From a virus (taxonomy: Duplodnaviria > Caudoviricetes), in IMG/VR virus record IMGVR_UViG_3300025127_000054, positions 1 to 52,740 of that record: DNA of 52,740 bases; one strand, 5' to 3'. The notes below the pieces were generated by a model. That model had not been told where the DNA came from. It worked only from the letters and a program-made list of their open reading frames with translations, and did not search any database. Both the position numbers and the translations under genes were made by a program. This document shows positions 17,001 to 27,161 of the stretch, piece after piece (positions within the stretch are counted from its first letter, which is position 1; each line of letters starts with the position of its first letter).

Positions 17001-20000
17001 TTAGTCTTTCAACTACAAACTTAACGTTTCTAGATCTAATCCAAGGAATAACTGTGGTTGAAACAATACTATCTCCTAATGATCTACGATCTATTCTAGG
17101 TATAACTCTTGATCTTACACCTGTTCTTGTTTGTCCAGTTGTAACTTCAATATCAGTTATTCTATTAACACGACGCATACCACGACCACCCCAAACATCA
17201 GGTCTTGGTGATCTACCGATATCCTCTTCTAACCATCCAGAGTTTCTTTGAACTCTTGAACCAATAACTCTTTCAGTTGTCCACTGATCTCTCCACGCAC
17301 CCCATTGGATAGGAGCAAAACCATTTTGATCAAGATTCATTTCAGATGATACCGCTTGGAAATCACCTTCTACTTGTGTTACTTGAACTGGAAGTCTCTG
17401 TGTATCTAACCAGTCATCAGATGCAGGAGTTAAATCAATACGTCCAATGTAAGTAAATACGTTGAATGGGTTGATGTTCTCAACTCTAGAAGCATATGGT
17501 TGATCAATAATCTTTAGTTCTGTATATGGCAGAGTAATTAGAGGACCAGTTGCTTGGAAATTAGTTGATAGTGAATTATTAATCTCAAGACCTATGTTTG
17601 TAGTGTAGTGAGATGCTCTAGCATAACCTTGTTTGAAATCTAATGCAGCACTAAAGTCTTCGTTTTGTGTGTCTGACTTACCGTGATCTGAAAAATCATC
17701 TACAATAAAACCATTCTTAAGACGGTCTTTGCCATCTGCGTCTATAATCTTGGTATTATAAGTATCAGTCTCTAATAAGTTTAACGAAGTATAGTATTCT
17801 ACTTGATCTAATCTACGTTCTATACCACCGATATCACGCATGGTATAACGTTTGTTATCAGATCTCACTATCGCAACATCTGCTTCAGGATCAAAACCAT
17901 ATGGTTTATGATTTATGACTGCTAAGAGCATACCATCTTTTAAATCATCTGGTTCTAAAGGTCTTTCAGCAGATTTACCTTTGATAATTTGGAACTCACC
18001 ATCAGGAGATATGAATGCTTTGTCAGTTCTTGGTAGATACCAATCAAAATCACAACGCATACTTGTATTGATTTTAGGAACGTCAAAGACTGTAGCAGTA
18101 GGAGTACCACTTACATTGAATAATCTTGAATTAAAATCAAATGTAGATGCTTGAACATATGCAGGTGATGCAACTGTTCCAGTTCCAGTATATAAATTCC
18201 TAACACCTGGTCTAAAGTCCAGATAATCTGCCATAAATTTGACACCAAAGAACGGAATATCACTATAATCTGTAGAAAGATATGACTGACCTCCAAAGTA
18301 ATCGCCAGTCGCAGAGTGTGTGTAGTAATCAATAACTACTTTTAATTTTCTAAGAGGAACTGCAACACCTTTCTTTCTTACAATCTTAGAAATATCGTAT
18401 ATAAATCCAGTTTGATTTACTTCAAGGAAGTAGTTATCAGTAACAACTTTAGATCCTGCAATAATTGATCCTGCAGAGTCATTGATAATAGCACTAATAG
18501 CAATACCACTGCTATTAACACCATTGATAGTTTCACCTGCAACAAATACTCCTTCAAGATATACTAATGATAGTGTCAAACTACCTGAAGCAAAGTCAAT
18601 AACTTTTGCTCTTGCCTTAGAAGTTGCACCTGTTACAATAGTACCAGTAGCAAAGAATGTTGGTTCTACAATAGTGACAGAAGGTAATACTGGATCTGCA
18701 TCATCAAATGATTCATATACAGCATGTAATCTATAACAGTCTGATACACCTAAAGATATTTCTCTATCTTCAATACGTGTACCAAATAAGTTAGAGTAAG
18801 TTAAATTATAATTTTGCTTGTCTAAATTTTGTATAGTCTTATTAACCTTCATAACAAACATCTGATTTTCAGTCTTTGTTTTTCTGGTTGCTATATTCTT
18901 AGATATTGTAGCAGTAACTTTTACAGATGTAATTGATGTTAAGTTTTCAACCTGTAAAGTAGTTTGTTCAGATGATGTAAAGGTTGTATAACCAATAGTA
19001 CCAGATGATGATGTGTTTAGAGGTATCTCAGCACCTACAGCATAAGAACTGTTTGATCCTGCTAATACAACTATAGTATAGTTTTCATTTGTAATAGAAG
19101 CAAACTGTTCATTTTCTGGAAGAGTAATTGATATAGAGTTAGAAGATACTGTTTGTGCATCAAATGTTCTTCTGACAGTCATAGATTCATCAGAAATTGA
19201 TTTGATATACTTCTTAGGCATTGGACTAAGAAGATCTGCATTTTCTACTTCAAATAGTTTTGCACGGTATCTTAATAATGCAGTATATGTACCTGCAGAA
19301 GGAGCAGCAGTAGGATCTACTTTGACTGTTTGTCCTGTAGCTGATGTATAATCAAATATAGATGATATACCTGTTGTAGGTAATGCATTAGGATCTACCT
19401 TATCTACATCAACATATTGTGTATTATTGAAATATAATCTATCGCCAGGTCTTAAATCTAAAGCAAAGTTTGATTGTAAACCAGTAATTTTTTCTGCACT
19501 ACCTGTAGCATCATATGTAAATGTACTACCTTGTACAACTGCAACATCTTCAAGAATAATATCAGCACTAAACTCTACAGCAGATGTGCTTTCATCTCTT
19601 GCTACAAGTTGTCTTGCATCAGAGAAGTTATAATAGTGAATATTATTAACTGTATCTAAATTTAATCCATCAACAGTTATCATTTCACCTGCTTGGAACT
19701 GACCTTCAACTTGATACAAGTCAATATGATCAGCAGAGAATGTTTCTGTGACGTATCCTCTTGCACCAGATGTAGCACCAACAACTTGAGAACCTGCAGT
19801 TACACTAACTGAAGCTGCCATATCCAAAATGGTAAACATTTGAATATCAAACAATACTGTCTTATAAACATCATCTGCATCACCAAATGTTGCGTCTAAA
19901 TTTTGAGAATATTCACACGATAATATACGAGCATAACCTATAATATTACCTGCACCTGTACCTGGTGAACTTGTAAATGCATCTCTTATCTGAGCAACTT

Positions 20001-21252
20001 GATATGCATTAGCTAATGAAGAACCTGTAGCATTAGGAAATCCATATATGTTGTTTACATTTACAAAGTTTCCAACCTCAAAAGGTATATTTACATTCTG
20101 TGCAGACTGTGTATCTCTTGGTTTTTCTAAGTCAACATATGTTGGAGATAAAGTAGAAACTCTATATCCTTTTACATATGCAGTACCAGGACCAAACTCA
20201 ACTGCATACATGTTTTCTGCAGTGGTATTACCTTGAGATGTTGTAGAACCTACAGCATAAACACCATTATTAAATGTATTATCTAAGTTCTCTCTAATAT
20301 TAATGTCAAAATCTTTTACAACGTAATCACCAGATTCCTCAAAGGTTCTGGTTGCCATTGTTTTTTCTAATTCACTATATGCACTACGATCTACTAACTG
20401 TTCTACTTTAGAGTTATTGATACGTAATAGTTCAATAAAGTCTTTATCAGCATCATCTGTAAGAAGTTTCTTAACTAAATTTGTGGTGATTCTAAATCTA
20501 TGAGAACCAGGAGCAGCATAGTTAGATGTTCCTGCAGCATTATCGTTGAGGCTAAGGTCATCTTCTGGGGTGATGATTGACTCTTGAATATCAAGTCCGA
20601 TACGATAGGAGGGGTTGGTTCCATACTGATCTAATAGAATGTATTGATAAGGTACATCAACAAAGAAACCTCTAATAAAGTAAACACCATCTTGAACATA
20701 TGCAACAGAACCAGTCTGTAATGCACCTGTAGGTAATAACTGTGCAAATGGTGATCCAACTTCAATCAAAGTTGTACCGAAAGTTATTTCAGTATCAGTA
20801 ATTAACTGTTCATTGTTGGAAAATGATTGTTGTGTATTTCCTGTACCACCTGATTCAATATACTTAACATATAATGTGATATAACCTTTTGTAGATACGG
20901 TATCAGAAATACTATATAATACTTTTGCTTTGACTCCTGATGTCAAACCAGTAATAATTTTATCTGTAAGTTGAGATCTATACAATTCAACGTCAGCACC
21001 CAAGAAAGACTCTTGAACTAAGATACAGTCAACGTTTAAGTCATAACCAACTTGACCTGGTATAACCATTGCACCATCTTTGAATAGATGTGCACCAACG
21101 TTTTCAACCTGATTCTGCAAGATACTTTGCATCGAAGTAAGTTCTCTTGCCTGTATTGGAAAACCAGGACGGAACAGTACTCGATAAAAGTTCTTCGTTT
21201 TATCAAAGTCGTCGTAATACGGTGTTACGTTTAAATTAGTATTTTGTGCCAT
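14005..21252 (-). CDS. Large virion structural protein, VrlC/DUF4815-like (2415 aa)
   Basis: N-terminal NLNVTPYYDDFD..KNFYRVLFRPGFPIQARELT..Q, RYTMRDIG.IERRL...EYYTSL, DPLAQSF, LFKSQNASTWT and C-terminal DFRAIALA motifs. Confidence 0.9.
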   Translation of the reverse strand: MAQNTNLNVTPYYDDFDKTKNFYRVLFRPGFPIQARELTSMQSILQNQVENVGAHLFKDGAMVIPGQVGYDLNVDCILVQESFLGADVELYRSQLTDKIITGLTSGVKAKVLYSISDTVSTKGYITLYVKYIESGGTGNTQQSFSNNEQLITDTEITFGTTLIEVGSPFAQLLPTGALQTGSVAYVQDGVYFIRGFFVDVPYQYILLDQYGTNPSYRIGLDIQESIITPEDDLSLNDNAAGTSNYAAPGSHRFRITTNLVKKLLTDDADKDFIELLRINNSKVEQLVDRSAYSELEKTMATRTFEESGDYVVKDFDINIRENLDNTFNNGVYAVGSTTSQGNTTAENMYAVEFGPGTAYVKGYRVSTLSPTYVDLEKPRDTQSAQNVNIPFEVGNFVNVNNIYGFPNATGSSLANAYQVAQIRDAFTSSPGTGAGNIIGYARILSCEYSQNLDATFGDADDVYKTVLFDIQMFTILDMAASVSVTAGSQVVGATSGARGYVTETFSADHIDLYQVEGQFQAGEMITVDGLNLDTVNNIHYYNFSDARQLVARDESTSAVEFSADIILEDVAVVQGSTFTYDATGSAEKITGLQSNFALDLRPGDRLYFNNTQYVDVDKVDPNALPTTGISSIFDYTSATGQTVKVDPTAAPSAGTYTALLRYRAKLFEVENADLLSPMPKKYIKSISDESMTVRRTFDAQTVSSNSISITLPENEQFASITNENYTIVVLAGSNSSYAVGAEIPLNTSSSGTIGYTTFTSSEQTTLQVENLTSITSVKVTATISKNIATRKTKTENQMFVMKVNKTIQNLDKQNYNLTYSNLFGTRIEDREISLGVSDCYRLHAVYESFDDADPVLPSVTIVEPTFFATGTIVTGATSKARAKVIDFASGSLTLSLVYLEGVFVAGETINGVNSSGIAISAIINDSAGSIIAGSKVVTDNYFLEVNQTGFIYDISKIVRKKGVAVPLRKLKVVIDYYTHSATGDYFGGQSYLSTDYSDIPFFGVKFMADYLDFRPGVRNLYTGTGTVASPAYVQASTFDFNSRLFNVSGTPTATVFDVPKINTSMRCDFDWYLPRTDKAFISPDGEFQIIKGKSAERPLEPDDLKDGMLLAVINHKPYGFDPEADVAIVRSDNKRYTMRDIGGIERRLDQVEYYTSLNLLETDTYNTKIIDADGKDRLKNGFIVDDFSDHGKSDTQNEDFSAALDFKQGYARASHYTTNIGLEINNSLSTNFQATGPLITLPYTELKIIDQPYASRVENINPFNVFTYIGRIDLTPASDDWLDTQRLPVQVTQVEGDFQAVSSEMNLDQNGFAPIQWGAWRDQWTTERVIGSRVQRNSGWLEEDIGRSPRPDVWGGRGMRRVNRITDIEVTTGQTRTGVRSRVIPRIDRRSLGDSIVSTTVIPWIRSRNVKFVVERLKPRTRVYAFFDGRSIDEYITPKVVELIKDPSTDNRTNSTPFVIGETVIGQTSGARFRVATPNATFAYNPYDDSVLPSSYASTTAILNIDLAASANQATGQFFGNFQVGEVIIGTSGAKAVIKDRRLVSDRFGKLRGSFFIPPTNVPGNPRWRTGTRTMRLTTSQEDSRLAGAVDSSAEVEYEAKGTLNRVRENVLAVRNAEVVRDTVTQDRTVRSTRTETRQIGWYDPLAQSFISDETGGVFITSVDVYFNTKDTNIPVSMQIRTMENGYPTTSILPFSDVTKEPADIQISETGAVATKFTFRAPVYIPQSIEHCFVLLSDSNSYKIWISRMGEIDITGDRTISEQPYAGVLFKSQNASTWTADQYEDLKFAIYRADFNNTASSKLVLNNISLEEGNGGKLLLRRDPIQTFVPEIVLNMNSQIATTPYTIGARIYQKTSLAQGTIASFVDTTQGVQLTIKDITGTFVQGSSTTNGIVSSKTTATLTVAATSGYAIGDVITGGTSGATATITAVTNSTTLAINYASKAFSNSETITGDGAGGGTASQQTTLPSSGTNFVPAGDAVSSGAIQPAFPDATPTYATTQRKVKIFHSNHGMHDPLNNVTVENVESEVSPTYLTASISASDTSVSVNDATAFHKIINGAAISASNPGYARIWNSTQGLAATFAEIVSYSAISTDGKTITVHERGLNGTTGRSHADETVIECYNLDGIPLTEINKTHTGIMNPTLDSYEITTSSIARLGIVGGGINTVATQNIQYEILVPQIERMLLPKTGLAARINTISGTSINDGNQVLESSFSNDGVFSDIILSEDNPLLAPSLICSGINESSELSGAKSFRMDLTMTSGVTTLSPVIDTDRMSITCVSNRINKPTNSNTAKLSVGDEHDAVYITRVANLVNASGSIKIYFSGYRPTGSEIKVLYRVRPVGSTDPIQQLGYEFFPTTGAKIPATSEREVFYEYEYEVSGLSFDQYQIKVIFVSPNQAYSPIIKDFRAIALAV

Positions 21253-22784
21253 TAGAACTCGATTACGATTTTAATATCTTCTACTTGGTCGTTCGCACGA
21301 CTGATTGCTCGCCTATTATCTATGTAAACAACGTCACCGCTATTTGACTCGATTTCAGGTTTAGCATACCCATTGTTAAATTTCATACCTAAGTCATACT
21401 CTGTATTGTTGATTGTTCTTGCTGATGAGTTAGGAACAGCAGGGAAGTTTACGTCTGGAGCACCAGCCGCACCTGATGTTGCACCACTTACAACGTTTGA
21501 ACCATCAAATTCATTTTGTGTACCAGTAACTTCTGGGAAGATACCATCAACTGCGTTTTGATAATATTTCAAAACTTTAGTTGTAGCATTCCATGAGATT
21601 ACTCGTGCTCTTGCAGTCACGTTTGTACCACCAACAACTCTTGTTTGTGTGATAATTTCGTCAGGAACGTAATTACCTTGGAATGTTGGAGAGAAAATAA
21701 CCGCTTTTGTTGCAGAAACTGTCAAGTCAGAAAGAAGTTCTGCAGTACCATACTTAAGAGGATTAGTAATTAAACCAATTCTTCTGTAGTCGTTATCAAC
21801 TGGGAAGTCTCCTGCACCCTCATCATATGAGAGTTTAGCGTTGATCATGGTTCTAAAAGCACCAAGTTCAACAACTGAGTCCTTACCATGTCCGCCAGGT
21901 GGTGGAATGATAACATCAACTTGTCCACCAGTACCAGTACCGATACCAGTTATGTTGTCTACACTGATTTTACCGAATGTATATCCAGTACCACCAGATG
22001 TTACAGTAGCAGATATAATCTTACCACCGTCAATAACAATAGAAACACGACCACCAGTTCCATCACCGTTGATCGCTACATTATCGTAGGTACCATTGTT
22101 GTAACCAGACCCAGCTGCGTTAATAACAACAGTATCGACTTCACCTGCGACTGCGTTGGTTTGAACAGCAGCGTTGGTGAATACTGGCATGTAGTCGTTT
22201 GAGAAAAACTTAAGAACGCTTGCAACTGGAATAGTGTACATGTACTTCCAACGATACCCATCGCCAGTAGTAATGATGCTAGTGCTAGTACCAGTAGGCT
22301 CGACAGTGCTAGGCTTGCCATTTGGATCGGACGGAGAAGTTCCATTGTAGATTGCTTTATATACTTGATACTGAGAGTTTACGACATAAAAATCAGAGTC
22401 GTAAAGTTTAGTCGCACCAGAAGCAGCAGTTTTACTAGGTGAGTAATCATGACGATACATGTCATAGGTAAAACCTAATCCACCAGTAGTTTGTTCTGGG
22501 GATACCCAGTCAATTCTACGAACAACCTGCACGGTATCTGAAGCCAGCACTCTTTTTAGGGATACCATGTCATCATAAGAACCAGAAAACTCTGAGAATG
22601 AATCCACTGCCTGAGGCGGTGAGTTTTCATTATCCCATGTTTGTGGTCTACCAATGAAAAGATATAACCTATCTCTTGTTGCACCCGCAACCGTATCACT
22701 CTCGGTTGCATTAGGACCTTCAAGTGCCTTTATGAACTTTTGTGCTGAAAAAATTCTAAATTGGTCTGTTAATAGAGCTGCCAT
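21252..22784 (-). CDS. gp8: Baseplate wedge subunit (T4 gp8-like)
   Basis: LYLFIGRPQTW, YDMYRHDY, FYVVNSQYQVYK, STVEPT, DGYRWKYMYTI and terminal YIDNR..I.R..DQVEDIKIVIEF motifs. Confidence 0.95.
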   Translation of the reverse strand: MAALLTDQFRIFSAQKFIKALEGPNATESDTVAGATRDRLYLFIGRPQTWDNENSPPQAVDSFSEFSGSYDDMVSLKRVLASDTVQVVRRIDWVSPEQTTGGLGFTYDMYRHDYSPSKTAASGATKLYDSDFYVVNSQYQVYKAIYNGTSPSDPNGKPSTVEPTGTSTSIITTGDGYRWKYMYTIPVASVLKFFSNDYMPVFTNAAVQTNAVAGEVDTVVINAAGSGYNNGTYDNVAINGDGTGGRVSIVIDGGKIISATVTSGGTGYTFGKISVDNITGIGTGTGGQVDVIIPPPGGHGKDSVVELGAFRTMINAKLSYDEGAGDFPVDNDYRRIGLITNPLKYGTAELLSDLTVSATKAVIFSPTFQGNYVPDEIITQTRVVGGTNVTARARVISWNATTKVLKYYQNAVDGIFPEVTGTQNEFDGSNVVSGATSGAAGAPDVNFPAVPNSSARTINNTEYDLGMKFNNGYAKPEIESNSGDVVYIDNRRAISRANDQVEDIKIVIEF

Positions 22785-22811
22785 TGTATGTGACTATTAT
22801 GTCCTCCTGTT

Positions 22812-22819
22812 TATTTATG
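22812..22819 (-). promoter_or_regulatory. T4-type late promoter (CATAAATA) upstream of gp8
   Basis: In the 36-nt intergenic gap, followed by AGGAGG. Confidence 0.8.
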
Positions 22820-22820
22820 C

Positions 22821-25800
22821 CTATTTCGATCGAACTATTGCAGAATATTCGATACTCTTAATTCTATAAGAGGCACCGCCATTTCCGTTGATAAGTTCTC
22901 CACCTAAAACTGCCTGTGCAGCAGCGTTAGCACCAGTAGTATCACTGGCATTATTAGTGAATGTAACTGTAGGATGTAAGGCATAAGTTCCATCTACAGT
23001 TTGTGGAATACCATATCCACCATTGTTTATAGTAATTGATGCAACCTGATCTCCTGCAGCAGTCATTACTACAGTACCAGTTGCTTGTATATCACCTGTA
23101 TTTTCTATTGCTACAGTAGGAACTGCAGTATAGTTAGTACCCACATTTGTAATCACAAAGTCAACAATAGTATTCTTTTGTGAGAACTCATAAAGATAAC
23201 CTGCAATACCAACATTTATATTATTAGTATTGAAAGGTATAACATCCTTAACTTGTAATACACCTGTTGAAGGTATCCAAGAAACAACAGTTGCTTGTAC
23301 ACCAGATACAGAACCACTAACTATTTCGTTAGTAGAGAAGTTCTGTCCATTACCAGTTGTTTGATCTAATGTTATATTAATCAGTGCAGTGTGTTCAACA
23401 CCCTCTGATAATCCACCTGCAGCAGTAATTGTTGCAAACTTAAATGGTACATCACCATCTTTGATGTTATCACCAACTTGGAATAGAGTTGTGTTAGTAC
23501 CACCCTGTGTTTCTTCAATACCATAAAGTGAATTGTATATACCACCATCAAGTGCAATTTGATTTGCATATGTGGTATTAGCATTACTTAAATCTGGAAT
23601 ACCATCAGGTGCACCAGTTGGTATAATATCTTCAAAAGATCTATCTGCTAATACAGATAGAGGTTCTGTCAATAGATCGATAGAAGAACCTGCAGTTGTA
23701 AGAATTACATGTGGTAATACTCCTGCAGCAGAACTATCTGCAACTCCACCATCAAATTGTACGATAGCATCTTCAGTTGCTGCTCTACCACCATCGATAA
23801 ATGCTAGTTCATCAACTTCAAAGGTAACAAGTAATTCTCTTGTATTAGCATCCCAATCATATACTTTAGCAACTTTGTTATTTTGGTTTTCAACTTTTCT
23901 AATAACTCTATCACCAACATTAAATTTGTAGAGTGATACACCATTAGAATCATTTTGACCAGGATCTAATATAACTCTTTGATCATAGTTAAAGTTTACA
24001 CCACGTGTTAGACCAGTAAATTTACCTGCAGATTTAGAAGTATAACTTATTGTTTCTCTATTAAGAATGATTGATCCAGAGCCAGGATATACGTCAGTAG
24101 AATCAACAAATATGCTTGTATCAGAAGCTGTGACACTCTTAACTAATCCAGTTAAGTAAATTGCAGAAGAGTTAAATGCCTGTCTTGCTCTAGTTTTACG
24201 TTTTAATTGTACTAATTTTGTGAAGATAATATTAGGTACAGAAGTATATCCTGTGCCTGGTTCAGTAATATTAATACCTGTTATAGAACCTTGTGATATA
24301 GTTGCCTCTGCCTTTGCACCTATACCTCCACCACCAGTAATAAGAATATAAGGAGGTTCTTGATAGAACTCACCTGGATTAACAATAGAAACACCTGTAA
24401 CTTTACCTAAAGTATCAATCTCAGCAGCACCTTGTGCACCTTGTCCACCACCACCTTCAAAAATAAGTGTTGGAGGAGTTGCATAACTTCTACCTGCATT
24501 TAATAAAGATAAACCTGTAACTGTTTGGACTATAGGACTACCAGTACCACCAGTTCCTTGACCACCTAAAATTCTTGCTTGTGCAGGACCGAAATAATTA
24601 TCACCAAACTTTGTCATCTTGATATAATCAATTTGACCTGCGTTAGTTGTACTTAAAACAACATTACCTTCAGCACCTTCTGGGAAGTTAATTGCTAATG
24701 GAGGAACTGTTCCTCCTTCAAATATAGGCACACCATAATACTTGGGACCTATAGCATAAGGATATGATGGATTACCTGCAGCATCCTCAGTCATATAATA
24801 TGCATAAGTTCCATTTGGATATTCTGGGGTTTGTGAGAATCTACCATTATAAGCATCCAAAGTTCCTACAACTGCTAAGTATTTCCAGTTACTTGTAGTA
24901 CCACTTGTATGTGTGGGTGCAGTACCACCTGAACTTATTGATGCAGTTGCTTCGTAAATATATCCTGCGTTTCTTACAGTATTATACTGAACATAATTTG
25001 CTGAACTTGACCATGCAGCAGACTCATCAAAGATATAATCATTAACAAGGTCTCCTAATTGATAACCTCTATTAACTAATCTTAGTCCCATACCTGCAGT
25101 GATATAAGCAAAGACATATAGATTACCTGGTGCATCTACAGGAACTGTAAAACGTACTTCTCTCTGTGTGGTAGCACTATTGAATAAACTTACCCATGTT
25201 TGATATGGTCTTTGTGATCCATCAATCCAATATTCTACACCTTGCCCTGAATAAAGATATGCACTATCTCCAACTAATCCTGCATGCCAGCCATCACTCG
25301 TAGTCGATATGAATAGATGTTGAGATGGAGCATTTGAAGAATCTAGTTGATTGAAGACATAGGTCTTTCCTCTATCCAAAGACAAGAAGGTAGGAGATGC
25401 TCCATCAAAAAGAAATTTATTATTAGATACAGTCACAGCATAAGTCACTGTAGTAGCAGTAGTGACTATTGGTCTAGCACCTTGTAATTCTGGAGTAGTT
25501 CTTAATCTATATCCTGATCTTTCTCTAGCATATGTATTACCTGTCCTTCCATAAGGTCCGTAAATTGGATAACCATCAAATGACATACCCAATATTCTAG
25601 AATGTCCATTCGCATATCTTGAATAATCTAATGTAGCACCACTTCCATAGTATCCTTCAATATAATAAGTGTTGTTTACAACTCCTGCAGTACCAGTCTG
25701 TGTAGTACTATCAAGTGTCATATAACCTTCATCACCTGTAAACCCAGACATATATCTGTGGAACTGACAATAATAGTAAATTCTATTATTCTCATCTGGA

Positions 25801-27158
25801 TTCATTATAAACCAAGGTTTGAATTTCTCCTCATAGTCTGCAACAACAGCACCTGAAGAACCTGTGCTATTGTAATATAATGTACCACCATTTAATGTAC
25901 CATCAGCAGTGGTACTAAATTGCATAGGATGACCTTGTGTATGTACTGATGTTATTCCATTACTAGCATCTGCCTGATTCCAAATAATTAAATTATTAGC
26001 ATGTACTTTAATATCTTGTGGAGCAAAGTAATATTGACCAGCTGTGAAAGGACCGAACTCACTTGCATGAGTACCAAAATCAATATAAAAAATACCGCCA
26101 GGAAATGTTCTTGGTGCACCGCTTACTTTAAATGAGAATCCATTGGATCCTAAACATAGGTCTTCTTGAGAAAATGAATCACCTGTAAGAGATCTAAGGT
26201 ATATCCTTGTTACAACATTCTGACCATCTCTAACTAATTTTGATATTATACCTCTACCTGTACCACTAACTTCATCTACGATTCTACCAACTTCTACTTG
26301 TCCTAAAGTTTCATCAACATTAGAAACGTTAAGCATTATATTGTCAAACTCTACTTTAATATTCCAAACAAATACTCTAAGTAAACCCCACTCAAATACA
26401 CCTTTTGTTAGTGCAAATTCATCTATAGTTTTACTTGACTGATAATAATGTGTTTGACTATCAAGAACTGTATCATATACACTTGTATTTTTTACATAGT
26501 CATACTTTACAGTATCAATAGCAAAGTTTATAGGTGCTCCACCAGCTGTACTACCCCACTCTGGGGTATGTAATAGACCACCATTTGCTAATATACCTAA
26601 TGTTTTATTTCTCTGAAAATCTCTAGTGCCAGGATTTGGAACGTCCTTACCACCTCTGAATATAAATGTCTGATTAAAATTTCTATCAAGAACATCTGTA
26701 GAACCACCAGATTGTCTTTCTGTTGCATAAACCTGTGAAGGTTTTGGATGATTGTCTGATACTATAGTTAATCTATCTGTTGTTCTAGCAGGAGTGCCTG
26801 TAGTACCGAATGTTCCTTGAGTTAAACTATTTGGATGACGTTGCCAAATTCTATTAAAATCAAATGAATTTACAACAAAAGGAGTTTCCTGTTCAGGAAT
26901 AATTTGTAATCTTAATGGATCATAACCAAGACCTCTATCAAGAACACGAACGTGAACTATTTGTCCTGAGTCTTCATCTATAATTGGATATAATATTGCA
27001 TCTCTTGTTGGAGTTCCACAACCAGTCACAGTGAGTCTAGGTGGATCTGCCTGAGTATACCCAGACCCACCATTTACAACTCTTACAGCACGGACACCAA
27101 ACGTTTCGTCAAAGATAGGTTCAATGTCGGCACCAGTACCTGGAACGGTTCTTGCCAT
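22821..27158 (-). CDS. Multi-domain virion structural protein (1445 aa): split YHYH domain, two cupredoxin-like inserts, a CBM-like insert and GxGY repeats
   Basis: [19 protein letters not shown] and [22 protein letters not shown] (YHYH-family motifs); HPMQF...[10 protein letters not shown]; repeated G.GY..PP.(L/I)...GGGG units. Confidence 0.88.
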   Translation of the reverse strand: MARTVPGTGADIEPIFDETFGVRAVRVVNGGSGYTQADPPRLTVTGCGTPTRDAILYPIIDEDSGQIVHVRVLDRGLGYDPLRLQIIPEQETPFVVNSFDFNRIWQRHPNSLTQGTFGTTGTPARTTDRLTIVSDNHPKPSQVYATERQSGGSTDVLDRNFNQTFIFRGGKDVPNPGTRDFQRNKTLGILANGGLLHTPEWGSTAGGAPINFAIDTVKYDYVKNTSVYDTVLDSQTHYYQSSKTIDEFALTKGVFEWGLLRVFVWNIKVEFDNIMLNVSNVDETLGQVEVGRIVDEVSGTGRGIISKLVRDGQNVVTRIYLRSLTGDSFSQEDLCLGSNGFSFKVSGAPRTFPGGIFYIDFGTHASEFGPFTAGQYYFAPQDIKVHANNLIIWNQADASNGITSVHTQGHPMQFSTTADGTLNGGTLYYNSTGSSGAVVADYEEKFKPWFIMNPDENNRIYYYCQFHRYMSGFTGDEGYMTLDSTTQTGTAGVVNNTYYIEGYYGSGATLDYSRYANGHSRILGMSFDGYPIYGPYGRTGNTYARERSGYRLRTTPELQGARPIVTTATTVTYAVTVSNNKFLFDGASPTFLSLDRGKTYVFNQLDSSNAPSQHLFISTTSDGWHAGLVGDSAYLYSGQGVEYWIDGSQRPYQTWVSLFNSATTQREVRFTVPVDAPGNLYVFAYITAGMGLRLVNRGYQLGDLVNDYIFDESAAWSSSANYVQYNTVRNAGYIYEATASISSGGTAPTHTSGTTSNWKYLAVVGTLDAYNGRFSQTPEYPNGTYAYYMTEDAAGNPSYPYAIGPKYYGVPIFEGGTVPPLAINFPEGAEGNVVLSTTNAGQIDYIKMTKFGDNYFGPAQARILGGQGTGGTGSPIVQTVTGLSLLNAGRSYATPPTLIFEGGGGQGAQGAAEIDTLGKVTGVSIVNPGEFYQEPPYILITGGGGIGAKAEATISQGSITGINITEPGTGYTSVPNIIFTKLVQLKRKTRARQAFNSSAIYLTGLVKSVTASDTSIFVDSTDVYPGSGSIILNRETISYTSKSAGKFTGLTRGVNFNYDQRVILDPGQNDSNGVSLYKFNVGDRVIRKVENQNNKVAKVYDWDANTRELLVTFEVDELAFIDGGRAATEDAIVQFDGGVADSSAAGVLPHVILTTAGSSIDLLTEPLSVLADRSFEDIIPTGAPDGIPDLSNANTTYANQIALDGGIYNSLYGIEETQGGTNTTLFQVGDNIKDGDVPFKFATITAAGGLSEGVEHTALINITLDQTTGNGQNFSTNEIVSGSVSGVQATVVSWIPSTGVLQVKDVIPFNTNNINVGIAGYLYEFSQKNTIVDFVITNVGTNYTAVPTVAIENTGDIQATGTVVMTAAGDQVASITINNGGYGIPQTVDGTYALHPTVTFTNNASDTTGANAAAQAVLGGELINGNGGASYRIKSIEYSAIVRSK

Positions 27159-27161
27159 TTA

